Shown: piece after piece, positions 18,220-27,584 of the stretch | Numbering within the stretch: the stretch's first letter is position 1 | How the letters are laid out: each line of letters begins with the position of its first letter | Source: a virus | DNA: 64,000 nucleotides | IMG/VR virus record: IMGVR_UViG_3300027917_000046 | Location: 3,078-67,077 of that record | Strand: one strand, 5' to 3' | Notes under the pieces: model-generated | Told to the model about the DNA's origin: nothing | Seen by the model: the letters and a program-made list of their open reading frames with translations, nothing else | Database searches by the model: none | Made by a program: the position numbers and the translations under genes

Positions 18220-18281
18220 TGGGAACTGGTGGTACCCAATGGCGGGTTTAAATGGAATGCCCCTCCAGCCACCAGAGCCCA
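18220..18281 (+). ncRNA. Candidate three-way-junction RNA element
   Basis: TGGG/CCCA, CTGGTGGT/GCCACCAG, ACCC/GGGT and TGGA/TCCA stems; loops AATGGC and ATGCCCC share GGC/GCC complementarity. Confidence 0.45.
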
Positions 18282-18296
18282 AGTGAAAGAGAAGAA

Positions 18297-19617
18297 ATGA
18301 GCGAGACGACTATCCTTGTTGTGCTGTGGGCCATAACGAGTGTAATTTACATAGGTGTATTCCTACACGCTTATTACAGGATGGGGGAGGGTTTTATGAA
18401 AACGAATACTTTGGGCGACATTATTCGCAAGGCAGAGCTTAAGCAAGATCGAATTGACGCCTATCGACGCGGCGAATATGTCATTGGTCATCACGCGTTT
18501 GATGGTTGCACTGGGTTATGGACCAAGGCGGATTGGATCAAGGCCGTCACGTTCAATGATCCGCGTTTGGAAAAGGAAAAGTTTGATGACTAACCTGCCT
18601 CAGCTTATGAGCGAGACGCCGAGAACGGATGCCCTTACCGGAACATTTTATTTGCGATGCGATGAATGCCCGCAACCTGATAGATGCGAGCGTATGAAAT
18701 CCGTGCATCCTGACGACGTGAAAGCCCTTGAACGCGAACTAGCCGCTGTCGAGGCGAAGCTGCGGGAGTGCGAGAAAGATGCGGAACGGTGGCGGATTTT
18801 GGTCGATAAATCTTTAGGCCCGGTTCCTACGTTTTCTATTCACTATTGCATAGGGCACGATTGGTGCCGAGCGGTCTGGCGCGGGGAGCTGCAATCCGTC
18901 ATCGACGCAGCGAGGGAGGAAAAATGAGCGAGACACCTAGAACAGATGCGAATAGTTGGATTAGTCCAGAAAGCGATTCGGGACGTGTTTGTGATGCGCG
19001 TTTTGCCGCCGAACTAGAACTTCAGTTGGCCGTCGCTAAGGCCACGTTCAAGAAAGCAACAGGCTATACACTGGAGGAATACGCAAAGATGAGACAGGAG
19101 ATCGCAAATGAGCGATGAATGTATGTACCCCGGCTGTCATCGCAGATCGAGCGGCTATTATGACATTACGATTACCGGCATCGGGGACTTCATCTTCCAT
19201 TGCGATGACGTAATTCATAAAGAATGGGCCTTTGCAAAAGAAAGGATGATTAGTGAAAGGCGAAAAAAAGAGCGCGAGGAAAAGAAAATGAGCCACTACA
19301 TAGAACGATGGTGCCAAGAGCATAAGGAATGGGACGACGATGTAGATTGCCCATCAGAAGGATGTCCGAAGTGTATCGAGGAAGGGAAATTCAAGACGCG
19401 GGCTATGCTGAAAGCGGAAGTCGAGCGGCTGACGCGGGAGCGGGATGAGGCGCAGGAGGATGCGGAGCGATATCGTAAAAAACGCGATATTGATGCCGGA
19501 GCATATGTCAGGTCCGATGCTTATCGGAACAATCCACCGAGGGTTCGTGATTCATTGTTAGCCGCTTGGTGGGAGGCATACAACGCCGCCATTGACGCAG
19601 CACGGGAGGAGAAATGA
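18297..19617 (+). other. Array of short modular ORFs (18297-18593, 18586-18927, 18924-19118, 19108-19617)
   Basis: Recurring MSETPRTDA starts, DAER motif, IDAAREEK ends, overlapping stop/start codons. Confidence 0.7.
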
Positions 19618-20645
19618 GTGAACAAGTAGCCCTGTTTCTCGGACGCTTTGCCCCGTTTCATAATGGACATCTGTATGTGCTGAAACGAGCAATGCAGAAA
19701 TACGATCATGTGATCATGGGCGTTTGCGGATATAACAGATCCTGTGATCCAAAAACCCCGTTCTCTCCATATGATAGAATTTGGATGATTCAAAATGCTA
19801 TAGAAGGAAATTTCAAAGTTTCGTATATCTACGTAAACGATTACCCGGATAGCGATCACGAATGGGCTACTGAAATCATCAAGAGCCTAGAATTCAAGAT
19901 GCCTAAAGCAAAAGTAACTATCATTGGCGCACCAAAAGATACAGATACGGACTACTATTTGAACTATCTCTCCGAAGTAACGGGTTGGCCTTTGGACCTT
20001 ATACCTTATACCACCGTCAACATTCTCCCTAGTTCTACGCTTGTCCGCGAATTACTCTTTCACGGATCGCTTAAAGGCGAATATGTCACGGATCCTTTTG
20101 CATTTATATCTTATCTTGTTCCCCCTTCTACTTTGAAGTTTCTTCATTCTTATATCAATACATCAGAATATAAACTCATAGTTAATTGGATTGAACAAAA
20201 CAGAGCTTTACGCAGTTTTCAACGTGCAGGAGAACCTATTTTTGTAACCACAGACGCCATATTAAGAAATATCGATAGACAAATTCTTATAATTAAACGC
20301 GGTGGAGCGACGGGCCATGGGTTGTGGGCTTTACCAGGAGGATTCGCTGAACCTGACTTAACGTTAGTAGAAAACATGCGTAAGGAATTACGCGAAGAAG
20401 TAGGTGTTGATCTAAAGAATCAGAATCCAATCCATTCGTGGGTCGAAGACAAAGTTGACCGGAGTACTAGAGGACGCACCATCACGCATGTTTTCGTGTG
20501 GGAAGTAGGGGCACCAAATGTATTCCGATCAAATGAGGCTTTAGAGTTTCGTTGGGTTTCTTTTAAGAATTTTCCAAAAGCACAGGAGTGGTTTGAAGAC
20601 CATTATTTCCTTGCTCAAAAAGGACTAATTTATGATAATAAATGA
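19614..20645 (+). CDS. nadM: Bifunctional NMN adenylyltransferase / NUDIX hydrolase (NadM-NUDIX, NatV-like)
   Basis: 'GRFAPFHNGH' HxGH motif; 'WALPGGF...KELREEVG' NUDIX box; 'FEDHY'. Confidence 0.93.
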   Translation: MSEQVALFLGRFAPFHNGHLYVLKRAMQKYDHVIMGVCGYNRSCDPKTPFSPYDRIWMIQNAIEGNFKVSYIYVNDYPDSDHEWATEIIKSLEFKMPKAKVTIIGAPKDTDTDYYLNYLSEVTGWPLDLIPYTTVNILPSSTLVRELLFHGSLKGEYVTDPFAFISYLVPPSTLKFLHSYINTSEYKLIVNWIEQNRALRSFQRAGEPIFVTTDAILRNIDRQILIIKRGGATGHGLWALPGGFAEPDLTLVENMRKELREEVGVDLKNQNPIHSWVEDKVDRSTRGRTITHVFVWEVGAPNVFRSNEALEFRWVSFKNFPKAQEWFEDHYFLAQKGLIYDNK

Positions 20646-22038
20646 AGATACTACATTGAACCCACTGTTTAGGTCGGACTCCTACAAGCACAGTCACGCA
20701 CCATTATACCCTCCAGGCATTACAGGCATGGATGCGTATATTACCGCAAGGAAGAAAGGTGCGCGTGTCATGTTGTTTGGCTTGCAGATGCACCTGCGTA
20801 AATGGCTCGAAAATATTTGGCCTATTCAACCGTATGATGTAGCAGAGACCGCTGAATTTCTCGCAAGTCATGGAGAACCATTCGATGAAAAACCTTGGAT
20901 GTACCTCATTGAAAAATACGGCGGCTATCCGCCCGTCACCATTAAAGCCATACCTGAAGGTCTTCTCGTCCCGGCTCAATGCCCACTGGTACGTATCACA
21001 TGTACTGATCCGAAGCTCTTCTGGTTACCTATGTTCCTTGAGACGGATCTCCAAAGAGCCGTTTGGTACCCCTCAAGTGTCGCCAGCCAAGACCACGAAC
21101 ACTACCTTGCTATCAAGCGGTGGTGGGGTCTCACTTGTGATTCCTTCGCAGGAATGGAATTCGCACTACACGACTTTGGAGGGCGAGGCGTCACGTGTGG
21201 AGAACAGGCCCAAATCGGAGGCGCTGCTCACCTTGTGCACTTTAGCGGATCTGACACGTTAGAAGGAGTGTGGGCTGCAAATAAATACTACGACGCACAA
21301 ATGGCCGGATTTAGCGTCCCCGCGTCCGAGCACAGTATCCAGTGCGCTTGGGGCCCCTTACGGCAAAAAGAATACTTAGAGCACGTCTTGCACACGTACG
21401 CCAAAGAAGGAACGATCGTTAGTATTGTATTGGATGGATACGATACACTTCGGGAGGTCACTACATTATGCACTGTCCTTAAAGACAAAATCGTTGGATC
21501 TAAGGCTCTCAAGGTGGTATTCAGGCCTGACAGCGGAGACGCGATCAAGTTGGTCGGAGAAATTCTCCAGATACAAGCAGCAGTGTTTGGAACCACTCGT
21601 AATCAACGTGGTTATAAGGAGCTTAATGGTGTGGGCGTTATCCAAGGCGACGGTGTCGACAAAACTGCGATTGAAGCGATATTGGCCAGGGCGGAGGCCT
21701 TGGGCTTCGCGTCAAACAATATTGTATTTGGCTCCGGCGGCGCACTCCTCCAAAAACTTAATCGCGACACGTATGGTTTCGCGCAGAAAGCTTCCGCTGT
21801 GGAGGAAATCCACCGTTGGAAAGGAATATACAAAGATCCGGTTACAGATCCCGACAAGCGATCGGCGGCTGGCAAATTGGAGACGTTCCGCTCATTGCTC
21901 ACCAGCGAGTATGTATGCCTGGACACAATCGAAAAAATATCCGACGAGTTTGTGCCTGTCATGAGAGTTGTGTACGATAAGGGCATTTTACATAACCTAG
22001 AATCGCTTGACCTGATACGAAAAAGAGCTCGCACATGA
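20632..22038 (+). CDS. nadV: Nicotinamide phosphoribosyltransferase (Nampt)
   Basis: 'DSYKHSH', 'LHDFGGRG', 'SVPASEHS', 'RPDSGD', 'IQGDGV', 'FGSGGALLQ'. Confidence 0.95.
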   Translation: MIINEDTTLNPLFRSDSYKHSHAPLYPPGITGMDAYITARKKGARVMLFGLQMHLRKWLENIWPIQPYDVAETAEFLASHGEPFDEKPWMYLIEKYGGYPPVTIKAIPEGLLVPAQCPLVRITCTDPKLFWLPMFLETDLQRAVWYPSSVASQDHEHYLAIKRWWGLTCDSFAGMEFALHDFGGRGVTCGEQAQIGGAAHLVHFSGSDTLEGVWAANKYYDAQMAGFSVPASEHSIQCAWGPLRQKEYLEHVLHTYAKEGTIVSIVLDGYDTLREVTTLCTVLKDKIVGSKALKVVFRPDSGDAIKLVGEILQIQAAVFGTTRNQRGYKELNGVGVIQGDGVDKTAIEAILARAEALGFASNNIVFGSGGALLQKLNRDTYGFAQKASAVEEIHRWKGIYKDPVTDPDKRSAAGKLETFRSLLTSEYVCLDTIEKISDEFVPVMRVVYDKGILHNLESLDLIRKRART

Positions 22039-22205
22039 ACACATGGACAGCTATGATAGCTCTATGGCCTGCGTGTGGCCACTCAAAACACCCAGAAAAT
22101 AGTACTCGTTCGGGAAAGTGGCCACGCTGTAGAACTTGTCATATAAGCTACATGAAGAAATACCGCAAACGAATTAAAAAATCGCTCTCGAAAGGACAAA
22201 AGTAA
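22035..22205 (+). CDS. 56-aa Zn-finger peptide
   Basis: Manual translation has CGH...EN...RCRTC and a basic tail; coupled to both neighbours (ATGA, TAATG). Confidence 0.6.
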   Translation: MNTWTAMIALWPACGHSKHPENSTRSGKWPRCRTCHISYMKKYRKRIKKSLSKGQK

Positions 22206-23392
22206 TGAAGGTAATCCATGAAGAGGGCAGTCGACCAATTAAACTTTGGACCGATGATGTTGAAGAGAGCGCACTTGAACAACTCAAAAACATCGCTAAA
22301 CTACCATTCATCGCCCCCAACGGCGTGGCGGGCATGCCAGATGTCCACTGGGGTATTGGCGCTACCGTTGGTAGCGTCATTGCCACTCGAGGCGCTATCA
22401 TTCCTGCCGCAGTCGGAGTCGATATTGGATGCGGAATGGTTGCGGGTAAAACAAGTATTAAGCTGTCCCAGCTTCCCGATTCGTTGGCATCCCTACGTGA
22501 CAGCATCGAGAGGGCCGTGCCCCTTGGTCCCGGAGGCGCCCACCGCGGTGATAGGCAATCAGGTTATCTTCCTCGAATACCATCATCCAGATTTGCTGAC
22601 ACGCTTTGTCACTTGGGCTACACAAATCTTACGAAAGCTGAATCACAGATCGGTACCCTTGGATCTGGAAACCACTTCATCGAAATATGTGGAGACCAAG
22701 ATCAGAACGTCTGGATTATGCTCCATTCAGGGTCGCGCGGAGTTGGAAATCGACTTGGGAGTCACTTTATTGCTGCGGCAAAAGAAGAAATGCGACGATA
22801 TTTCATTAATCTCCCCGACAACAATCTCGCCTATCTCCCCGAAGGAACACCGTTATTCGAAGAATATAGGGAAGCTGTTCTCTGGGCGCAGGATTACGCA
22901 CGGATAAACCGTAATATAATGTTCGATACCGTATTGGCTCAACTTCAATTTGAGGTATTTGAGGAACCCGTTTTCATTATCGGGAAAGCAATTAATTGTC
23001 ACCATAATTACGTGGAACGGGAGAGCCATTTCAATGATAACTACTGGGTCACTCGAAAGGGAGCAATCCGTGCACGAGATGGAGATCTCGGCATTATACC
23101 AGGTTCCATGGGTCAGCGTTCGTACATTGTCCGTGGACGAGGAGTTGCCGAAAGCTTTCATTCCTGTTCTCATGGAGCAGGTCGGAGAATGGGTCGCAAA
23201 CAAGCACGAGCAACCTTTACTGTTGACGATTTACGAAAGCAAACCGAAGGTGTGGAATGCAGGAAAGACGACGCTGTACTTGATGAAATTCCTGGAGCTT
23301 ACAAGGACATCGACACAGTCATGGAGAACCAGAAAGATCTGGTCGAGATTATTGCAACCCTGAAACAAGTTCTTTGCGTGAAAGGAGCGTAA
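22205..23392 (+). CDS. rtcB: RtcB RNA ligase
   Basis: 'MPDVH', 'VGVDIGCGM', 'GTLGSGNHF', 'HSGSRG', 'HHNY', 'SHGAGR', 'DEIPGAYK'. Confidence 0.97.
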   Translation: MKVIHEEGSRPIKLWTDDVEESALEQLKNIAKLPFIAPNGVAGMPDVHWGIGATVGSVIATRGAIIPAAVGVDIGCGMVAGKTSIKLSQLPDSLASLRDSIERAVPLGPGGAHRGDRQSGYLPRIPSSRFADTLCHLGYTNLTKAESQIGTLGSGNHFIEICGDQDQNVWIMLHSGSRGVGNRLGSHFIAAAKEEMRRYFINLPDNNLAYLPEGTPLFEEYREAVLWAQDYARINRNIMFDTVLAQLQFEVFEEPVFIIGKAINCHHNYVERESHFNDNYWVTRKGAIRARDGDLGIIPGSMGQRSYIVRGRGVAESFHSCSHGAGRRMGRKQARATFTVDDLRKQTEGVECRKDDAVLDEIPGAYKDIDTVMENQKDLVEIIATLKQVLCVKGA

Positions 23393-23668
23393 ATGAGGTT
23401 CATTCCCTGGTACGTTTTCGGCCTATTGGCCGCGGTGGGCATTGCGGTGACTGCTCCACAGCAACTGCCCATCGTCATATATAAGCTGTCGCTTGTGACC
23501 ATTGGTCTGGTCGGCGGCTATTGGGCAGATAAAACGTTGTTTAAGAATCTTCCAAATAGACTCAAGATCACGGATCAGTTGGATCTTAATACAAATGGAG
23601 GTCTTCGGATCCTGGCACGAGCCATCATCGTCTTGGCTGTCATTCTTGGTGTCACGCGTGGCCTATGA
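23393..23668 (+). CDS. Putative holin (2/3-TM family of Mu-like phages)
   Basis: 'PQQLPIVIYKLSLV...GYWADKTLF...RAIIVLAVILGV'. Confidence 0.85.
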   Translation: MRFIPWYVFGLLAAVGIAVTAPQQLPIVIYKLSLVTIGLVGGYWADKTLFKNLPNRLKITDQLDLNTNGGLRILARAIIVLAVILGVTRGL

Positions 23669-24324
23669 AGAAAGAACGGTCCATATGGACTGACATAGAT
23701 AATGCATTGTTCAAGCTTTTGTCTGGAATATTCGTAGTATTTATAATTCTAGCTATGCTTGTTGATTGTTCAGCCCAAGCACAAGGATACCCACCATATG
23801 AATCTCTCAAATATCGTGACGACCTCATTCGTAACGCTCGAGTCATCGGTGGACTTGGGGCGCCTATTGCACTATTTGCTGGTCAAATCCAGCAAGAGTC
23901 GGCTTGGCGACCAGATGTCTCCTCTAAGTATGCTCACGGGCTGGCACAATTCACCCCCGATACAAGCGAATGGATCTCTGGAATGTTCCCAGAGCTTCGC
24001 GAAAACCAGCCTTTTAACCCCTCTTGGGCTCTTCGAGCCCTCGTCCGCTATGACTATTGGTTAAGAGAGAGAATCCGTGGGGATGTTGATTGTGATCGAT
24101 GGGCAATGGTGCTGTCAGCTTATAACGGAGGGCTTGGTTGGCTCTTACGAGATAAGAATCTTGCCAGATCAAATGGAAATAATCCCTACTTATGGTGGGG
24201 ACACGTTGAGCTGTATTCAACAAGAGCTGCATGGGCTTTTAAGGAGAATCGAGAATATCCACGTAGGATTTTCCGATGGCAACATCGTTATGAAACATGG
24301 GGACAAGGAATAGAGTGTAAATAG
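23665..24324 (+). CDS. SLT-family lytic transglycosylase endolysin with N-terminal signal/anchor
   Basis: 'QIQQESAW', 'GLAQFTP', 'SAYNGGLGW', 'ENREYPRRI'. Confidence 0.92.
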   Translation: MKKERSIWTDIDNALFKLLSGIFVVFIILAMLVDCSAQAQGYPPYESLKYRDDLIRNARVIGGLGAPIALFAGQIQQESAWRPDVSSKYAHGLAQFTPDTSEWISGMFPELRENQPFNPSWALRALVRYDYWLRERIRGDVDCDRWAMVLSAYNGGLGWLLRDKNLARSNGNNPYLWWGHVELYSTRAAWAFKENREYPRRIFRWQHRYETWGQGIECK

Positions 24325-24333
24325 GAGATATTT

Positions 24334-24534
24334 ATGGTTCGAGGAGGCTCACCTGACTGGATCGGCTACGGAGTTTTGGGCGGCTGGATCTTAGCCCTAC
24401 TTTTCTGCGTTGGCTGGCTTATCAACATCTACAAGCTAGTTGGATTAATCGGAGGCGATATCACAACGTGGTTTATTGCCCGGCTTGTAGGTATTTTCGT
24501 GTTACCATTAGGAGGAATACTTGGATACTTCTAA
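24334..24534 (+). CDS. Small membrane protein
   Basis: AGGAG SD; 'GWLINIYKL...RLVGIFVLPLGGILGYF'. Confidence 0.7.
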   Translation: MVRGGSPDWIGYGVLGGWILALLFCVGWLINIYKLVGLIGGDITTWFIARLVGIFVLPLGGILGYF

Positions 24535-24694
24535 CAGACATTGGAACGTAGTCGCTGGCGGCACCATCATGGTAACGCTGACATATCTGGCCATCCTTGC
24601 CATTCAAGGATCGGACAATTACATTCGTGACGCGCTACCTGTGGTAACGCCGTGGTTCACGCTTATGGGCGTGTTCCTCAAAGATAAGATTTGA
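24521..24694 (+). CDS. 57-aa two-TM protein (TTG start)
   Basis: AGGAGG SD; manual translation MDTSNRHWNVVAGGTIMVTLTYLAILAI... Confidence 0.55.
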   Translation: MDTSNRHWNVVAGGTIMVTLTYLAILAIQGSDNYIRDALPVVTPWFTLMGVFLKDKI

Positions 24695-24700
24695 TCAATA

Positions 24701-24796
24701 GCGCGGGGTGCCTCTTGTTAAGATAAACCCTAACCACGAAAGGAGAAAGCCGACGAGTTCGTGTGTAACGAAGGAGGGCCGTCACCCTGCGCCACC
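24701..24796 (+). ncRNA. Candidate rod-shaped structured RNA
   Basis: Nested stems GCGCGGGGTG/CACCCTGCGC, CCTCTT/AAGGAGG, GTTA/TAAC, CACGAA/TTCGTG; intergenic. Confidence 0.5.
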
Positions 24797-24813
24797 CTCT
24801 ATTAAGGATTACC

Positions 24814-24924
24814 GTGAGACTTTGGCCTTTTGAATTGGATGCATTTGTTGAACTCCTATTATGGATATTGGTAATGATAATCATAATTTTATCACTGCCC
24901 AAAGAACCTCCCGACTGGTGGTAG
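24814..24924 (+). CDS. 36-aa single-TM peptide
   Basis: TAAGGA SD, GTG start; MRLWPFELDAFVELLLWILVMIIIILSLPKEPPDWW. Confidence 0.5.
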   Translation: MRLWPFELDAFVELLLWILVMIIIILSLPKEPPDWW

Positions 24925-24954
24925 AGTAGTTGGTGAAACACAAGATGTTGTGCG

Positions 24955-24983
24955 TTGAAATTTTCCAAGGAAAGGAGTATAAT
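24955..24983 (+). promoter_or_regulatory. Sigma70-type promoter for primase operon
   Basis: TTGAAA-17 nt-TATAAT. Confidence 0.75.
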
Positions 24984-25011
24984 GCACCGCTCTTACCAGA
25001 ATAGGTGACCA

Positions 25012-27351
25012 ATGAAAATAACTTTCCTTGAAGCTGAAGTACCTCTAACAAAAACTTTTACCATTGAAAATGGGCAACTCACAAAAACCGGCCATCCGAG
25101 GATAATCGATGTCACTAGCCACACGGAGAACTACGAAACGATCGAAGAACTCCACGAACATCTTATCCGTCACGCAGATGCTGGACACAGCATGCTCAAA
25201 GGAAACGTCACTCGCCCGCTCGTTAAGGAATCTCGAGCGGGATCCACGGATCCGAATGCTCCGACGCAGATCCTATTACTTGATATGGACGGTGTGAAAG
25301 ATGTCAAAGATGTTGACCACTTTACGCGTCTTGTCGGCTTTCATGATGTGGACTACATTGCTCAGTTCAGCTGCTCTAGTGGTATTGTTGGTGATCGTGG
25401 GCTTTCTGCTCATGTCATGATGCTGTTGTCGAAGCCTACATCACCGGCCATTCTTAAACAATGGTTGATGAACAAGAACTTGACTATCCCGCAACTTCGA
25501 AACAACATCGACTTGACGAGGACTAACAATGCTCTCAGATGGACCCTTGATGTTTCGACTTGTCAAAACGATAAGCTCATCTACATTGCTCCGCCCATCC
25601 TTGGCACAAATGTCAAAGATAATTTCCAAGGAGATCGGATCCAACTGGTCAAGAAGTCTAAGCGGACAGTGGGAGATCTTGGTGCTGTGCCGTCCGCTGA
25701 AGCAAATAAAATCAAAGCGGAGAAAATGCTCAATGATCTACGAGACAAAGCAGGGCTCCCGAAAAGGAAGAAAACATCTTTCAAGAGTCACGGATCGATA
25801 GAATATCAAGCGAATCCAGATCAAGCCTCAGTCACGGGCATTAAGACCGAGAGAGGCTTTACGTATTTGAATTTGAATGGCGGCGACTCATGGGGATATT
25901 ACCACCCGGAGAACAATCCAACGTTCATTTTCAACTTCAAAGGCGAGTCGATTTACAGAACACAAGACCTACTGCCCGAATACTGGAAGGATGTTCGTGG
26001 GAAGATCAACGAGATACATCCTGATGCCAAAGGCAAGCTTTATCTCGCGGTTAGGGATTTCCGTACGGCAGGTTACTGGAACGGGACTTGGGAACCGAAA
26101 GCGCAGAGGTTGGACCTGGCTCAAGCGAAGTCCAAAGACCAACTAAAGGACTTTCTCAAGCAACATGGTCAGCCCGTGGGCGAGTTCATTCCGGATTGGG
26201 AAATTTATTTCCTTCCGAATGAAGAGTTCATTGTGGACGTTGAAAAGCATATTATCAATACCTTCCTCCCGTCTGACTATATGCGCAATGCGCGGAAAGT
26301 AAGTCACGAAGGATTACGCGTACCGCCTGCTATTAAACGCCTGATCATGCACGCCGTCGGTGACGATGAGGAGTGTTTTGATCACATGATGAACTGGCTG
26401 GCATGTATCTTCCAGTTCAAAACAAGGAGCGAGACGTGCTGGATTCTCCAGGGAGTCGAAGGGACCGGGAAAGGGCTCTTCTTAAATCGGATTTTAAGGC
26501 CTTTGTTCAAGTATGTAGTAAGCAAGCGTATGAGCGAACTGGACAGCCAATTCAATGGATACATGGAGCGCTGCCTTATCTTATGGATCGACGAAATGCA
26601 GTTGTCAGCTATGAAGTCCAGAGCAGATTCTATCGAGTCCGACTTAAAGAACTACATCGTCGAGCCAAAGCTTTCTATCAGACGTATGCACACGATGCCT
26701 TACGAGGCAGATAATTATTGCAATCTAATCATTCCGGGGAACAAAGATGACGTCATGCACATATCTCCAACAGATCGTAGGTTCAATGTATGTCCCTACC
26801 AAGAAAATAAGTTCATTACGTCTGACGAAGAGCTTGATCAAGTGGAACGAGAGCTCCCCGCTTTTGCAGACTACCTTGCAAGCTATTCCGCGTCTAAACA
26901 GAGAGCGCGTACCGCTTTGCATAACGAGGCCAAGAGCCGAATGACCCACATCACGGCTACTGGCCTCGAGGAGGTATGTAAGGAACTTCGTTTGGGCAAT
27001 CTCCAGTTCTTCTGGGATCAACGCCCAGGTTCCGCTGTAACACAAACCAATACATCGCAGGATATAGCTGCAGGGGCGTACCTTAGATTAATGACCCAAG
27101 CAGCAAAAGGGGAATTGGAAATAGTGTCAAGAGAAGAGCTACAAGCTATCTTGGGATACACCTTGGGCCAAATACCTAATTCACCGCATAAGTTCACTTC
27201 GCTATTGAAGCATCACAAGCTGTTTATAAAATCACTTAGACGAAGAGAACAAAGCATACGCGGAGTCAGGGTTAACTGGCAGGTTTCAGACGAAATTAAG
27301 AATGAAATCCTTGGTCTCACAAAGGATATTCAGGCAATAGGTGAAGCATGA
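25012..27351 (+). CDS. Primase-helicase (primase-like N-terminus, SF3/DUF5906 NTPase)
   Basis: 'LLLDMDG' DxD; Walker A 'GVEGTGKG', 'LWIDEM', 'DRRFNV'. Confidence 0.88.
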   Translation: MKITFLEAEVPLTKTFTIENGQLTKTGHPRIIDVTSHTENYETIEELHEHLIRHADAGHSMLKGNVTRPLVKESRAGSTDPNAPTQILLLDMDGVKDVKDVDHFTRLVGFHDVDYIAQFSCSSGIVGDRGLSAHVMMLLSKPTSPAILKQWLMNKNLTIPQLRNNIDLTRTNNALRWTLDVSTCQNDKLIYIAPPILGTNVKDNFQGDRIQLVKKSKRTVGDLGAVPSAEANKIKAEKMLNDLRDKAGLPKRKKTSFKSHGSIEYQANPDQASVTGIKTERGFTYLNLNGGDSWGYYHPENNPTFIFNFKGESIYRTQDLLPEYWKDVRGKINEIHPDAKGKLYLAVRDFRTAGYWNGTWEPKAQRLDLAQAKSKDQLKDFLKQHGQPVGEFIPDWEIYFLPNEEFIVDVEKHIINTFLPSDYMRNARKVSHEGLRVPPAIKRLIMHAVGDDEECFDHMMNWLACIFQFKTRSETCWILQGVEGTGKGLFLNRILRPLFKYVVSKRMSELDSQFNGYMERCLILWIDEMQLSAMKSRADSIESDLKNYIVEPKLSIRRMHTMPYEADNYCNLIIPGNKDDVMHISPTDRRFNVCPYQENKFITSDEELDQVERELPAFADYLASYSASKQRARTALHNEAKSRMTHITATGLEEVCKELRLGNLQFFWDQRPGSAVTQTNTSQDIAAGAYLRLMTQAAKGELEIVSREELQAILGYTLGQIPNSPHKFTSLLKHHKLFIKSLRRREQSIRGVRVNWQVSDEIKNEILGLTKDIQAIGEA

Positions 27352-27584
27352 CAGACTGGAAAGCAATGCAGGTAACAACGAGCATGGACCCACGTACTAA
27401 GCATCTTACAGTCTTGGTGCCTGGCGGTTTAAAACCGAAGTATGTAGCAATGGCGTCATGGACGCCGAAACACCTTCGCCGGGTCGCCGGCGGCGCTGGC
27501 AAAACCAGCGGAAGAGGTAAACGTAAACTCCAGCAGTTGCCGACGACGGTCCCAACTGACAATAAAGGATGGGTTATTAAATGA
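27348..27584 (+). CDS. Small basic hypothetical protein
   Basis: Coupled between primase and rIIA. Confidence 0.5.
   Translation: MTDWKAMQVTTSMDPRTKHLTVLVPGGLKPKYVAMASWTPKHLRRVAGGAGKTSGRGKRKLQQLPTTVPTDNKGWVIK

Noticed and set aside
18220-18281. Purine riboswitch or hammerhead ribozyme
   Set aside because: Conserved cores (UUUCUACC; CUGAUGA/GAAA) are absent
24724-24734. TAAACCCTAAC bulge looks like a telomerase template
   Set aside because: No reverse transcriptase or telomeric repeats in the window; likely coincidence
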